Shown: positions 33,373 through 45,782 of the stretch, piece by piece
How the letters are laid out: each line of letters opens with the position of its first letter
Numbering within the stretch: position 1 is the stretch's first letter
Assembly: GCA_907165135.1 (NCBI GenBank)
Contig: OU015566.1
Coordinates: forward strand, 9,796,001-9,860,000
Direction of reading: 5' to 3'
DNA: 64,000 nucleotides
From: Oikopleura dioica
Taxonomy: Eukaryota; Animalia; Chordata
Notes under the pieces: model-generated
What the model saw: the letters and a program-made list of their open reading frames with translations, nothing else
Told to the model about the DNA's origin: nothing
Databases searched by the model: none
Made by a program: the position numbers and the translations under genes

Positions 33373-33895
33373 ATGAGCTTCGCGCAGAAGTTGTTGGACG
33401 GAAAGGTCTTCGGACGAGCTCTCCACGGAGGCCAGCGAGTCACCCGAAAGACTCTTAACTCTCTTGTCGGAAAGGAAAACGGTTCGCAATTCAGTAGATT
33501 CAGATTGTGATGCCGATGTTTTGTATTTAATATTTTGCATTTGGCGATTTTTTAAAACAAATCAAACTTGCTTTCAATTGTGTCAAATTTGCTTTCAATT
33601 GTGAACCTGGTAAAAGAACAACTTCGCCTGGCAGGAACTCCGACCCCCAAGCGCCTCCGAGCTCTCCTCTGGTCTCCAGAGCATCCTCCGTGCTCCCACC
33701 AACCTTGCTTCCGGCAAGCTCAGTAAGTCCTCCTCCTCATTACCCTAACTTTAACCCTAACCCTCTCTTTTAGACATCTCCGGAATGACCACCACTGAAG
33801 CCGCTCAGTACTCGCTCGTCTTCTTCGAGATCTACTGCTGGTTCATCGTTGGCGAGTGCATCGGCAAGGGCGGCATCGTCGGCTACTGGGTCTAA
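33373..33895 (+). CDS. ATP5MG: Mitochondrial ATP synthase subunit g
   Basis: Exons 33373-33474, 33617-33722, 33773-33895: ...FAWQELRPPSASEL...EIYCWFIVGECIGKGGIVGYWV*. First intron is GA-AG. Confidence 0.9.
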
Positions 33896-34247
33896 GAAAC
33901 ACAAGCACGAACGAAACATCCTGTGTCCTCGCGGCCCATGGGAACATGTAATTCCAAGAAAAAACATTAAAAAATCCTTTCCTGCTTGACAAGCCATTAT
34001 TTATTGAATACCCCGGTTCAACCAAATAAAAAACAACTCCTTCATCACTTCTCTTTCTTTGTCTAAAAACCAGTCGGTTATAATGAGTCATAGAAACCAG
34101 CAATATACAGGCACACTTGAATTCGCCCTTGGGGTCATCGTTATCCACAAGATGACGTAACATTATGTCATCCCATTTAAAAAATCGCATGTTTTCTATT
34201 TCTTGAGCTTTCAGTCATATTTTTTGTAAGAGATAAATAACGCTAGA

Positions 34248-35118
34248 ATGACGTCGAAAGAGGATATTCTGAAAGAGCTGCCCGCTGATGTTCTCAACGC
34301 AAAAGTAACTGCGGAGGACTTGCTCAAATTCTCCCCTGTGCTTCGTAAGTTTTCCCCTTGACTTCCTTGAGTCTGAACGAATTTTAGAGCAGGAGCAGCA
34401 GAAACATTTACAGAGGCAGCAACAATCTGCCGGTGAAATCGAGCTTGATGACCGTCCAAGAACCGGAATCTTCGAATATGCAAAGAAAAATCCCTTCGCG
34501 ATTGGTGGCATCTTCGGCGCTGTTTACTGCTTTTGCAAGGGTGTTTCCAACACTCATCAACAAGGTACCTTTTCGCCCTTTAACTTTTATTAAACGCCCA
34601 AACTAGGATCGCACAAGGCCGATATGAAGTGGATGCAGGGTCGTCTTTACTGGCAGTCGTTTGCTATCATCTCCATGCTTGGTGGCCATTATTACTACTC
34701 GATGAAACACATGGAAAAACTCGAAGTAAAACGAATTGCTTATGAAAAAGAGCGGGATATTGTGTGCCAAAGCGCGCAGATTTGCCCCGAGGTTTACGAA
34801 GAAATGAAATACAGGTATCTTTCTTTGTCTTATTCTCATTCATACTGATTCTTTAGAGAGTCCGTTGAGAGAAATTACGGCGGAAGTGATATGCTCCCTC
34901 TTCAAGAATTGAAGCGACGAAAGCAGGTTTGTTTTTTCAGCCTATTTCCTTCCCTAAAAAGTGCCTAGGTCGACCAAGAATTTGCTGCTAGAGGCGAAAC
35001 CGTCTATCTCAGCCCAGAAAAACGCATCGCCATAGAAAATTCCGCTATCGGGGCTTCTCTTTCTTCAACTGACTTCATGCGCTTGGGTATTCGAACCCCA
35101 TCCATTGGGTCGCTTTGA
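34248..35118 (+). CDS. HIG1-domain (HIGD/Rcf1-like) mitochondrial membrane protein
   Basis: KKNPFAIGGIFGAVYCF...MKWMQGRLYWQSFAIISML, two hydrophobic helices; long charged C-terminal extension. Confidence 0.7.
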
Positions 35119-35215
35119 CTGTATTCGAGTGTTATTCCTTATTCATGTTCTTTTTGTACAGATAATAAAACCTTGACCCAACTACCGAAATTCGGTAACC
35201 GAATGATTTTAAAAC

Positions 35216-38200
35216 ATGAGTTTGATTCAGATGTGGTCTTATGGGGAGGTCTTACTGCCCCTTCCAGATACATCTCGCAGGATAGATATCCGTGACGGAT
35301 CCCCTCCAACAGACCAAGTCAAATACGTTCAAAAATGTGGCGGGTTGGATCTTTCCAACGGATCGTCGCTTCTCTGGCGCAACGACGATAACAAATTAGA
35401 ACTCATCCAGTTTCACCCTCAAGAACAAGGCCTGAATGAGTCAGTAACGATCGCCTTCCCAAGAAATGTTCAAGTATTGCCTTCTGTTGCGCTGTATGAA
35501 ACTAAAAAGAAGGCTGTTTTGATGGTAATTGCTTCTCAAGCCTCCCTCCATTTAGGTAAAGAATAAATGCGTTTCAATTTCTTAACCTTTCCTAGTGACA
35601 CTTACTCCTCTTACCGAGCACCACTCAATCCTGGGCGACTTGACAGCTTCTGATTTCAAGCGTGCCTGCTTCCCATTCAAATCTTCCATTCCAGTCACTT
35701 TCTGCGACACCATCATCCATGCCAACAAAGGCCTTCTCTTCATCTCCTCCAAAACATCAAGTCCAACCGTGATCTGCATTTCTGCCTCCAACCCTCAAAC
35801 GCCGGAAACACTCGAGCTCAAATCGACCGGGCTTCTCGGCCGACTTTGGAACTCGAACTCTGAAGCCAACAGATCAAAGGCCGTTCATTTTGCTCTTACG
35901 AACGGGCAGCTTTCAATGCTCTCAATAACCGCTGACAATCAATTGCGAATCTGGTCAAGTACCGGCGAATGCCTCTTTACTGGAGTCCTCCAAGAACTAC
36001 TCGACTACGATGGCGATGTGGAGATGGATGTGAAAAGCAGCGACTCTAAGGAGCTTTTCATTTTCGTCAAGGCTCGCGGAAACATCTTCAAATACCGCCT
36101 TTCTGATGACAAAAGACAGCCACTAACTTTGATGCAAGATTTTGGCGCGCCTAACAATGGCCTCATCAACAATTTCAATTGTGAGACTGGCAATGTCTGG
36201 ATTGTGATGAAAGAAGAGACCGAAAATGGGTCCCACACTTCTGTGAAAGCATTTGACGACTTTAGAGTCGTTGATCTTTCCCCTTCGCAGTCGCCAGAAG
36301 AATATGTCGAGTGCAAGCCACATGAAGAGATTCCACGAATGGTACTTCAAACAAGCACTATCATGCCCAGTGCTCTCAGACGCGCCCTTGCTGGAAAAGC
36401 ATTCGACGCTGTTCCAGAGCACATTACTCAAAAATACGTTCAATCCTTCTTGGCAAACGAAGCAAGACACGAAGGCGTTTCTCAGGAAGAATACTTTGCT
36501 GAGTTTTACGATACGGTCTTGGAATACAACGAGCGCGCACTGGCTATTACAGGCGTTGTCGGCGGACAACTTGGTCGACTGATGATCCTGAGAAGAAATG
36601 CTGTTGGTTTTATCAGGCCTTTGACTCAAGTTGAGGCCATTTGCGCTGGTCTTGAACCAGAGAGCTCTGGGCTGGATTTGTCAGAAGAAGCGGGAGATAT
36701 TCTTTCTTCACTGATTCCAGTCTTCAATGAGATTGTCGCGAATTCGGACGTCATGGAGCTTGTTTCCTTTCGATTGCGCAACGGAGAGTGTCCTCTAACA
36801 GTAGCTCAAGAGCTCCGAGAAGAAATAGCAGCGCTTATAACAGAATCCGACCGAAAAGAAGATCTTGAGTATCAGATTAGTAACATGGCGAAGGAGTTGT
36901 CGAGGAAAACCACGGATGAACGAATGGACAACGTTTTTACAGCGGTCTTTGGCGAGCTCGTTCGACTTATTGAGGTCCCTCAATTTAGTGAAGAGCTTGA
37001 ATTTGGTTCAAGTTCTAGCCACGCTGAAGTGGAAAAATACCATCTTCTGGCTTCAACCACCAGGTCTATTGGCCACAATCTTTTCACTCTCGCTCAATTA
37101 GGGCTTGTTCTTGTGGATAACTTGGTATCAAAGTACAATTACCGGGAACTCGTGAGTGTGACAGAAGCATTCGCAGATATTGTGAGCAACTTGGTCACCT
37201 TGGATTGGGTTTCATCGGCACGAAGTGTGACTAAATCAAGAGGAGCAAGAAGTGATATGAACTTTACTTCGGGAACTCGACTTGGGGATACTTTCTCTTC
37301 GTTTTCTATGAATGCATCTACGACGATTTTCGAGTCTTCAGTTCCTTCAGAATCTCAGGAATAGATCTTATTCCTAAAGAATTTACGTACTGCTTTAGCA
37401 GATAATGATCTAAATACAGCTCTTAGAAGGGTGGCTCGCCATGGGTGGCATCGAACAAATTGATGCTATTCTCATAAGCCCAAATATCGAAGCTCTCGGA
37501 GTTGAAGAGAATAACCTCCTCGGTCAAGTTTTCGCAATCGTCAGACTTCTTTCAATCTCAAACGAGCGAATGAGCCTGCCCATCTTCCTCCTCGAAACTG
37601 GCCAATATGATCTGCTCAAGAAGTGGGTCCGCCTGAACAAATACGTTACTTCGGACAGAATCTCTGTGGTCAACTACTTCGAAGGAATCTGTATGATGCA
37701 GGACGATTCCGTCGACGAAGCAGTTCATCACTTCATGAGTAAGTATTTTAAAAGATGTATTGCAGGATGAAAATGTAAAGAGCAGTTAAGACGTAGAGCC
37801 CAACGATTAACTTTGAGTAGATGTATTCCACAAGTGCTCGGATGTCTTCAGTCGGGATATCAAAAAATGTTCCTTCTTTTTAGGGATGATGATTTGTTTC
37901 AGATTAATACGGGAAAAATAGGGTCCCCATTCCTAATTTTTTGATCATATTATCGCCCCATCCAGACACAGCTGGAGCGTCATCTTGAATATATTCTTCA
38001 TTATCGTAGTCTTAAAAGTTTTAAATCCACAGTCGCTAGAATTATAAACCTGGGTGGTATAAGGGATCGTTTCTGTTAGCCCCGGAAGGGCCAGGAGCTG
38101 CACGACGAACAGATCTTCTCGATGAAGTTCTTCTTGTCAACGGTGGACTTCTTGTTGATACGGGTGGAGTTCTTCTGCTTATAAGTACAGGCGGAGTCTT

Positions 38201-40205
38201 TCTAGCAGAAGACTGTCTTCTACTGACGGGCGGAGTCCTAGCGGATAATTTCGGGAGCACGATTTCGGGAACGTAAATATCTTGTTCATAAAGAGCGTCG
38301 TAGATTCTACTCGTTCTCAGAACAGAGTCACAGTCTGTCTGAAAACCATCAGTTTCTACGTCCGCGTCCATTTCCTCGCTTGGCGAGAGCTCCGAGTATG
38401 TTCCATTGTCATTTTCAAGAATCCAGTCGAGGTCACTGTCTATCGTGTATCGCTTCGTCACTTCGGATCGATTTAATTATTCTTATGATCTTCAAGTTTG
38501 TACCTTTTTTGAAGCTCATTTTTTAAAACTAATTTTTTAACTTCAGTCAACAATTTACAGTCAAAGAGCTTCTAGAAGCAACAAATAACCGTTCAATTTC
38601 AGCTGCTGCAACGAATCTACACAAACAAGACTTCTTCACAAAGTACCTGCTCAAGGACTTGCCCAACTCAACGCAGCCAATTCTCACTACATCACTATTT
38701 TTACATGTTGCCGAAAAGTTCAAAGAAAACACATCCTTTTGCCGACAAATTTTGGAAGTAGCGGTCGAGCGAATTGATCAGGATGACGACAGACAGAGCC
38801 AATTATGGAACAAGGTAACTTCTCACCCATATCATTGAGCTAGTTTTTATATCCAGGTTTTCAAATTACGACTTCAAGACGAAGATTACACTGGTGCTTA
38901 CCGTGCCATGATTTCCAACACTGACATAGACTCGCAAAAGAACTGCCTTAGAACATTCGTACTTCATCTATCTGATTCTGGCGACTTTGGACCTCTCGTA
39001 AACGTAAGGTCTTTTCCCTCTTCTCCCCTCAACCCATTTTCAGTCAGAATACAGCGGGCTGGAAAGTGAAATAGCACCCATTCTTGAAAACCGAGCATTG
39101 GCTGTTTCTCCCGACGATACTCGATATTTCGACCTTCTTTACGCCTTTTTAACCGTTCGGGAAAACTACAGAGGGGCTGCTAGAGCGAAATATTTGCAGT
39201 CTCAGCACATTGCTTCTGGATACGAAACTCTTGAACAGCTAGAGACTCGTGAAGCTTCCTTGCTAATTGGCATCAATTCGCTTTATTTAGTCCGCGTAAG
39301 TCAACCCACGAGCGATCTTGTAATAAGCCGCTTATTTACTTCAGAAAGAAGATCAGTGGGTTGCCACAGCTTCAATGAACGGCGTTCCCTGCCCAGTTAA
39401 ATCGCCCAAACGAACACACGAGGGTGGCATGCGAGTGCCACTTTGCAAGGATACTGTGGTCACGAGCTTGGCGGATATGGAGAATGAATGCTTGCTCGTT
39501 CAAGCCCGCCTTTCGTTGAAAATGGACGATATCGGTACTTTCTAACAGGACTATTCTCTCTTTTTAACTGAAAAATTTGTAGATACGGCTGGATTAGACG
39601 CTGCAGAAGTAGCGTCTTTGATGGCGAAACAAGGAATGTACACCGAAGCTGGAAACTTGCTCAAGGCTTTCAAGGAGCCAGCAGATGTAGCCGTCAAAAT
39701 CTTGGCGAGCTCATATGCATGCAACATTTCACGGCCCGAAGCGGAAGGGTTGGAAATGCAGCTAATCGGTAATCCTTCATTTTATCGATTTTTTTTTAAG
39801 AAAATAATTTTAGATTTGATAGAGGAATTCGAGTTGGGTGCAAATAGCACTCGACTTTATTACATCGCTTCCGAGGAAATTCTGAAAATTGGTCAGATGA
39901 TCCCGCCAATTATGCTTGAAAATTACCGTGAACGTGATGCCACGGAGCTGGTTCGCCAAATGGCCAAATATGGCGAGTTGGACGAAGCCATCGACGGGGC
40001 CTGCTTCATTTTGGAAAAAGCGCAAACTCTCCTCGAGCGGAAAAAGTCGCTCGATGGCTTTTGGCTGCCAACGAATTTGATAGAGCAGCTGAACTCGTTC
40101 GCGAAGCTGCACAATCACGAACTCCACGAATTGCTCCAAAAGAGGATGGATGGATTTCTTCAGATATTAGAAAACAGTGTCAGGCAAAATGTTAACGCTA
40201 ATTAG
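35216..40205 (+). CDS. NUP160: Nucleoporin Nup160
   Basis: Large propeller-then-helical protein. RYFDLLYAFLTVRENYRGAA, SLLIGINSLYLV and FWLPTNLIEQL match the Nup160 C-terminus. Confidence 0.85.
38042..38519 (-). CDS. Antisense gene nested in a NUP160 intron, 144 aa, acidic N-half and Arg/TP-rich C-half
   Basis: Exon 1 38519-38504 (ATGAGCTTCAAAAAAG) + 43-nt GT-AG intron + exon 2 38460-38042 join in frame: MSFKKVTKRYTIDSDLDW... Confidence 0.65.
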
Positions 40206-40366
40206 GAAAATTTTATTCTGCTCTCGACTGCCACATGATACAACAAAAAGATTCATGAATAAAACGAGTGTCAAAAACTTAAATGATTAAAATCAATCAA
40301 AAACCTAGAATGCAAGTTTCGGACTTTTGATTTGATATCGGCGTTTCCTTGTTATTTATCATTTAT

Positions 40367-40916
40367 TTAAAATAAGAGGTATGAAAAAGGGGTTATCGAA
40401 AAGGGTTTTATATAAACAGTGGTGAGATCATTTTCGAAATGTTCAAAAGTCGTTGCGATTCGGGCGGCGGGAAGGAAGACTTTTGTAGCCTCGCTGACTT
40501 CGGGAAAAGGCTTTGCCGCGCCGGGTGTTTTTCGGAGTAGCGGCGGTGGAGCGTGAGTTGTGCTCGCCAGGGACGTCGACGGGAACTTCTGTCGGGATAA
40601 ATTCTTGCTGTTTTTGGGCAGTTTGTTCTCCTCTAAAATGAAGGGTTAGCGAACACGCTTAGTGTAAGTGGGATTACCTTCTTCTGCGCTCCTTTTGACT
40701 TTTCCTAAATTTTGCCATTCCAAAAGTTTTCACCACTCCCTTTTGGTCAAAAGTAGGACTCTTCATCGCTGCTGGTGCAGTCTCAGTGGAATAGTTAGCT
40801 GAGGTTACTTTTTGGGGAGGATAATAAGTCGGGAGCCGCGTTACTCTTCGGATTTGAACTGCGTGAACATCTTCCTTCGTCATTGGCGCTCCGAAGCAGA
40901 ACCAGTTCGATTTCAT
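40367..40916 (-). CDS. Hypothetical basic, Pro/Thr-rich protein (two exons)
   Basis: ATG 40916. A GT-AG intron (40677 to ~40632) joins to an open second exon, RGEQTAQKQQEFIRQKFP... No family recognised. Confidence 0.4.
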
Positions 40917-42628
40917 ATTGCAGTTGCACTGAAGAAAATCTCTAGTTGAAATTCTAGCTCTTTTAGAAAATCCGAGTTCCGAGTTTTCTGGCGTCTTTCA
41001 AAAGTTTTCGCCTGAATGATTTCGGAGTGCCCCAGGCTGAGGTTGTAAAAAGGCTAAGATTTTTTAATGAAAAAAGAGGCCTGGGAAGATTTTATAAAGG
41101 ATTTTAAAGCAGGTGCACCCAGAAGATGGCGACGCTACTACTAAGGTGACCGAATTGATAAGGATCATAAAGTCAGACAGGTGCGGTAATCTCAAGATTG
41201 GCACACTTCTGAGGAATTTTTAGGAATGAATCTAGGCCAGACGGAAGTTGCCGCAACGTTCTCTGAAGTTTTAGATTTCTTACGATGTTTTCTATGAACC
41301 CCATTTTCAGTCGCTCTTTTCAATTTATTTGTGAGTAAAAAATTAATGCATACTCAAAGATAGAGTTACTTTGCTATCGCAATAATTATATATCGTAAAA
41401 ACGTCATTATTATGTTTCTCTACTTATCGAAAAGGCTGAGCTTATATTTATACCATTTTTTCTGAATCTCAAGCTTTCAAATCATCTAATTCTGATGATT
41501 CTCAGAGGATTTTCTTTCAAACATGACTTAAACTAACACCCTTATTCAGAAAAGCTCGTTAAAATACACACACGTACACTCGTAAATGTTGGTTCTTTTT
41601 ACGCAAAAAAAATAAATAATTTGCTCGTCTTCTCTATTTGCCTTTGTATTTTAAACTGTCCGAAAATTTTGTCCAACTTCTCTCTCTCCGGCTACTGAGG
41701 CTGGAACAATGCCTCCCCGGGTATTCATACAAGTGGGATTTACTCACAGTTTGCCGGGAATAAAAGTCTTCTAAGGGAACGTTATCTCTGACAAATCCGC
41801 CGTCGCAGCCGTTATTTTGATAACAAGAAATCTAATCTAATTAGCGTCTTTCTCAAGGAAAAAGACGGCCGAAGAAAAATGGGATAAAATTGCCGCTGAA
41901 ATTGCGTTAGAATAAATATTTAACTGATTACGTCGGCCGAAGTGGCCATTGTATAAGACCTTGTCTTGTGATGCGCTTTATAAGAAAAGCTCCCATTCTG
42001 AAGGGCTTATTCATCTTGGACTAGATTGAAGCACGCCCTTGGGGGAACTTACTCAGACATTAAAAATTCTTGTGACTCAAATTGAAGCTGATTTTTATAT
42101 TATTTAAAATAAAAGTAGTACCTTTTTGGAGTTCTCTATTTCTGAGTGTGAGCTAATAAAAGCCAGATTGACAATCCTCCTGACCTGATCTGGCTCAAAA
42201 TCTATCAAAAAATCGAAAGCAACAATAAATCAAAGTCTGTGAGACGGGTCCCTAGCCTTTTTCTACAGCGTTATCTTCTGTTGGCTCGTTAGTTGGATCG
42301 AATCCATGTTAATATTGGAAAACACTTATCGCAATTCTTGTGACTCAGATGTCGTCTAGATTCTCATCCCTCCTTATTCTCCAGTGGAAACCTTTTTTGA
42401 AATTAGCTTGAAAAATAAAAGACTGGGTCATTATTTGGTTTTCTTGGGTGAGTAAACGTTGCGCTCTATTCTCTTACGTTTATGCATTTTTTTCATGAGT
42501 CTTGAAAAAGTTTCCTGTCGTTGATTTTCACGAGAGAAATGGAGCGTTTTGAGTTGTAAGATCGATTTTGTAGCGTAAATTAAGACAGAAAAATGATCGA
42601 AATTTTCAGGGGCGAAAATATTCCGAAG

Positions 42629-43954
42629 ATGAACCATTTATCTCGAGTTGCTGTCATCGGCGCAGGCGCTGGAGGACTTTGTACGGCTTCTCGATTCAAG
42701 CAGCTTGGGATTGAGAAGATCAAAATCTTTGAATCGGCTAGTCGACTTGGAGGAACTTGGCGATATGTTGACGATCCAAATGATGACCCCTGCAGCTCCA
42801 TGTACAAAAATCTACTTACAAATCTTCCGACAAAAGTGAGCTCCTCATTTTTCTTCTTGAAACTATTTTTAGGTCATGAATTATCCCGACTTTCCATTCC
42901 CAGAAGATACAGATGCATTTCCTTCGCACACTGTCATCTTAAAATACCTCAAAGACTACGCAAAACGGCAGAATCTCTCTGAACATATTTCTTTCAACGA
43001 TCCAGTAGAAAGCTGTTCATTTGAGAAGAAAGAATGCACCTGGAAAGTCAATGAAGAGAGCTTCGACTTCGTTGTTGTTGCGAATGGTCATTACACGAAG
43101 CCGTCTATTCCTGATATTTTCAAGAGTTCAAGCTTTCAAGGGCAAATAATGCATACTCATTATTATCGTAAAGCCGAAAGTTTAGCGAGGAAGAATGTTC
43201 TTGTCATCGGACAAGGTCCTTCTGGGCAAGATATTTCTCTTGGTAAGTTCTTATGTGAAATTCTGAGTTTGAGCTCATTGTTAAAGATCTCCTCGGAATC
43301 GCAAACTCCGTTGCTCTTCTTGGACGGTCAGAAATAAAGGGAACTCCAGACTCGTTGAGAAAATTCATCGGTTGGGCTAAAGAAGTCAAACCAAATGGTG
43401 TCCTTACGAACAATGGAGACCTAATCGAGTGTGATTATATTCTGCTAGCAAGCGGGTACTGCTTCGATTTTCCGTTTTTGGAAGAAAATGTAATCGAGTA
43501 CTCGCCATGCAGGAAGAAAATTCAACCACTGTATAAACAAATTATCCACTCTCACTTTCCATCATTGGCGTTTATTGGCATCCCTTGTACTATTGTTCCG
43601 TTTCCTCTGATGGATTGCCAAGGTACCTTCAAAAGCGGTAAAAATTCATTACAATAAATTTTAGCACAATGGCTGGGCCAAGTTTGGAAAGGAAATGTAA
43701 CTCTGCCGCCGACAGAAGAAAGGCTCAAACAAGCGGCAATTATCCCTGGCATTGGAAGGCCCGAGATTGACCGCCATTTCCATAAAATGTCAAATGCCCA
43801 GTGGAAATATGACGATGACCTTGCTAACGAAGCAAATTTTGAACCGATTCCAAGGAGTATTCAAGACTTGTATACTCAAGTTTGGGGTGTTCGATCGGAA
43901 AAAGGCCCTGCGGTGTTTCGAAATGTCCAATATAAAGATTACTACGATTACTGA
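42629..43954 (+). CDS. Flavin-containing monooxygenase (short, no C-terminal membrane anchor)
   Basis: VAVIGAGAGG (FAD), GGTWRY, SMYKNLLTN, ANGHY, FQGQIMHTHYY (FMO motif), VIGQGPSG (NADPH), SGYCFDFPFL. Confidence 0.92.
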
Positions 43955-44012
43955 TTCTACATTTTCTGTACTTTTGATTAAAAATATAGCATAATTAATT
44001 AACTAAATGAAG

Positions 44013-44026
44013 AATAAAGCTTTATT
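44013..44026. terminator. Bidirectional polyadenylation signal
   Basis: Perfect palindrome AATAAAGCTTTATT between the convergent FMO (stop 43954) and GMPPA (stop 44051). Confidence 0.6.
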
Positions 44027-44050
44027 GCACTTGAGTTTGATCAATGATCA

Positions 44051-45633
44051 TCATAGTACGATTTGGTTTGAAATATTGTAGTTCAGTTTCTTAGCAGGCA
44101 TAACGATCGAGTTTCGGACTACAAGCTCGTCAGCGAGGAAGGTATTCTTGCCCAGAATTGTTGACGAGGGAATGAGTCGACCGGAAGAGTCGAATAGGCG
44201 GTCAGATTCTAATCTGGCGAATGGTTTATCTTGATGAATGTTAGAAGATTTATGAGCGCGATTTTTACCTGGATTTACGGCGGGCGGGGTCCCTTCAATT
44301 CGGCACCATTTTCCAATTTCGGAGTTCCATCCAATTACCGAGTCCATTATCAAGGTGTGTTCTGAATATTACTGTGAAGCAATCAAGTGTAAAAAGCATA
44401 TAAAACAATGCCCCGCCTTAAAAATCATTATTGAAATTTCAAGAAATGTAACGCAAGATTAACAGGATCTTCACTCGTGGCTCCGAGGTACCTTTTATGT
44501 GACAATCTTCCAATACAATTGAATTCTTAATTCTTGTTCCTTTTTCAACAACTGCACCGGCTCCAATCGTTACATTCGGGCCTAGTTTAGCTCCAGCATC
44601 GACAGTAGCAGTTGGATGAATAAAAACATCGCCGATGATGTTTTCGCCAGTTGAGAGGTTATTCATTCCAAGCAGGAAAAGAGATGAGGCAGAAATGGCA
44701 GAGGCAGCGGATTTGATTTGCACAAAAGGAGAAGTAGAAAGGAGACCAAAGAGCTCTTCGGAAGCACAAAGGGTAGGAAAAACATCGCGCTCGAGGGAAA
44801 TGGGGCCGTGTGAAGAGGTTTTCTTGTAGATTGTCTATCAAAAAGTCAAAATATAAATCGAACAAGAAAGACGCTCACCTTGAGGACTTCAAAAATAGAC
44901 GTAGAAAACGCATAGATACCACAGCTAATTGTAGAAGTAACGCAATTTTCCGGCTTCTCGACGTAGTGCTCAACAACACCGGTTTCTTCGTTATTTCGGA
45001 TAAAGATATTTCCATATTGTTTTGAAGACTCCATCTCAGAATTCACGCACAAGACTGTCGAATGTTTACCTCCTTCTTTATGCACCTTTTATTATAATTT
45101 TAAGAAGAAAGGGCAAAACTAAGTCGGTACCTTTTCGAGTTTATCAAGGGGGAAGAGTGAGCAAACATCGCAATTCATAAAGAAAATTGTACCATCTTCT
45201 CTTAGATTCTTTTGAATCTGATCTCTGAAGTGAAACAACCCTCCGGATGTGGACAAAGGTTCAAACTCGTAGAGATATCGTAGCGAAACATTTTCATCTT
45301 TACTCGTCTGCCTGATGAACTTCTCCATCTCGTCGACTAAAAAAGTGAGTATTCACGAAGGTGAATCGATGTCTGCATATTTACCGGGATAAAATCCGAG
45401 GAGAAAGATTTCTGAGCATCCTGCCTTTTTGCAAGACCTTATCTGCTGCTGCAGTAAAGGAATCCCCCCAATTGGGAAGAGAGGCTTGGGAAGATCGATC
45501 GAGAGAGGGCGAAATCTTTTTCGGGGCTCAAAAACTTGTCAGTAATAAGAATTTTTGTGCTGATAATTGACCCTTGACTTGTTCCTTTATTAGGCCCACC
45601 GAGTAAAATGACGGCAACTGATTTTTCTGACAT
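44051..45633 (-). CDS. GMPPA: Mannose-1-phosphate guanylyltransferase regulatory subunit alpha
   Basis: AVILLGGPNKG..FRPLSIDLPKPLFPIGG, MNCDVCS, HYVEKP..CVTSTISCGIY, VFIHPTATV, KLGPNV, NSIVMPAK.L.....NQIVL. Confidence 0.92.
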
Positions 45634-45782
45634 TTTCTCTTTTTTAAAAATTCCTCGACAATAAGCGCTGGGAGAAGGCGGTTACGTAAGAGCGCGTGGG
45701 CTACGTGGAGGATGTTGAATGAGCACAGCACCTCAATGGGAGTTTGAGAACATGGAAGACTCACTTCTGCATTTACTGTATT

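Noticed and set aside
33740-33762. CCCTAA telomere-like units in an ATP5MG intron
   Set aside because: Only two or three degenerate units; compatible with chance in a pyrimidine-rich intron.
37739-38560. piggyBac fragment explaining the nested acidic ORF
   Set aside because: No TTAA-CCC/GGG-TTAA ends or DDD domain; a two-exon host-type gene explains it better.
45535-45585. Non-canonical first intron of GMPPA (TC..AG or GT..AA to preserve KGTRFRP)
   Set aside because: A canonical GT-AG alternative giving KGTSQGFRP is equally possible; undecidable without transcripts.
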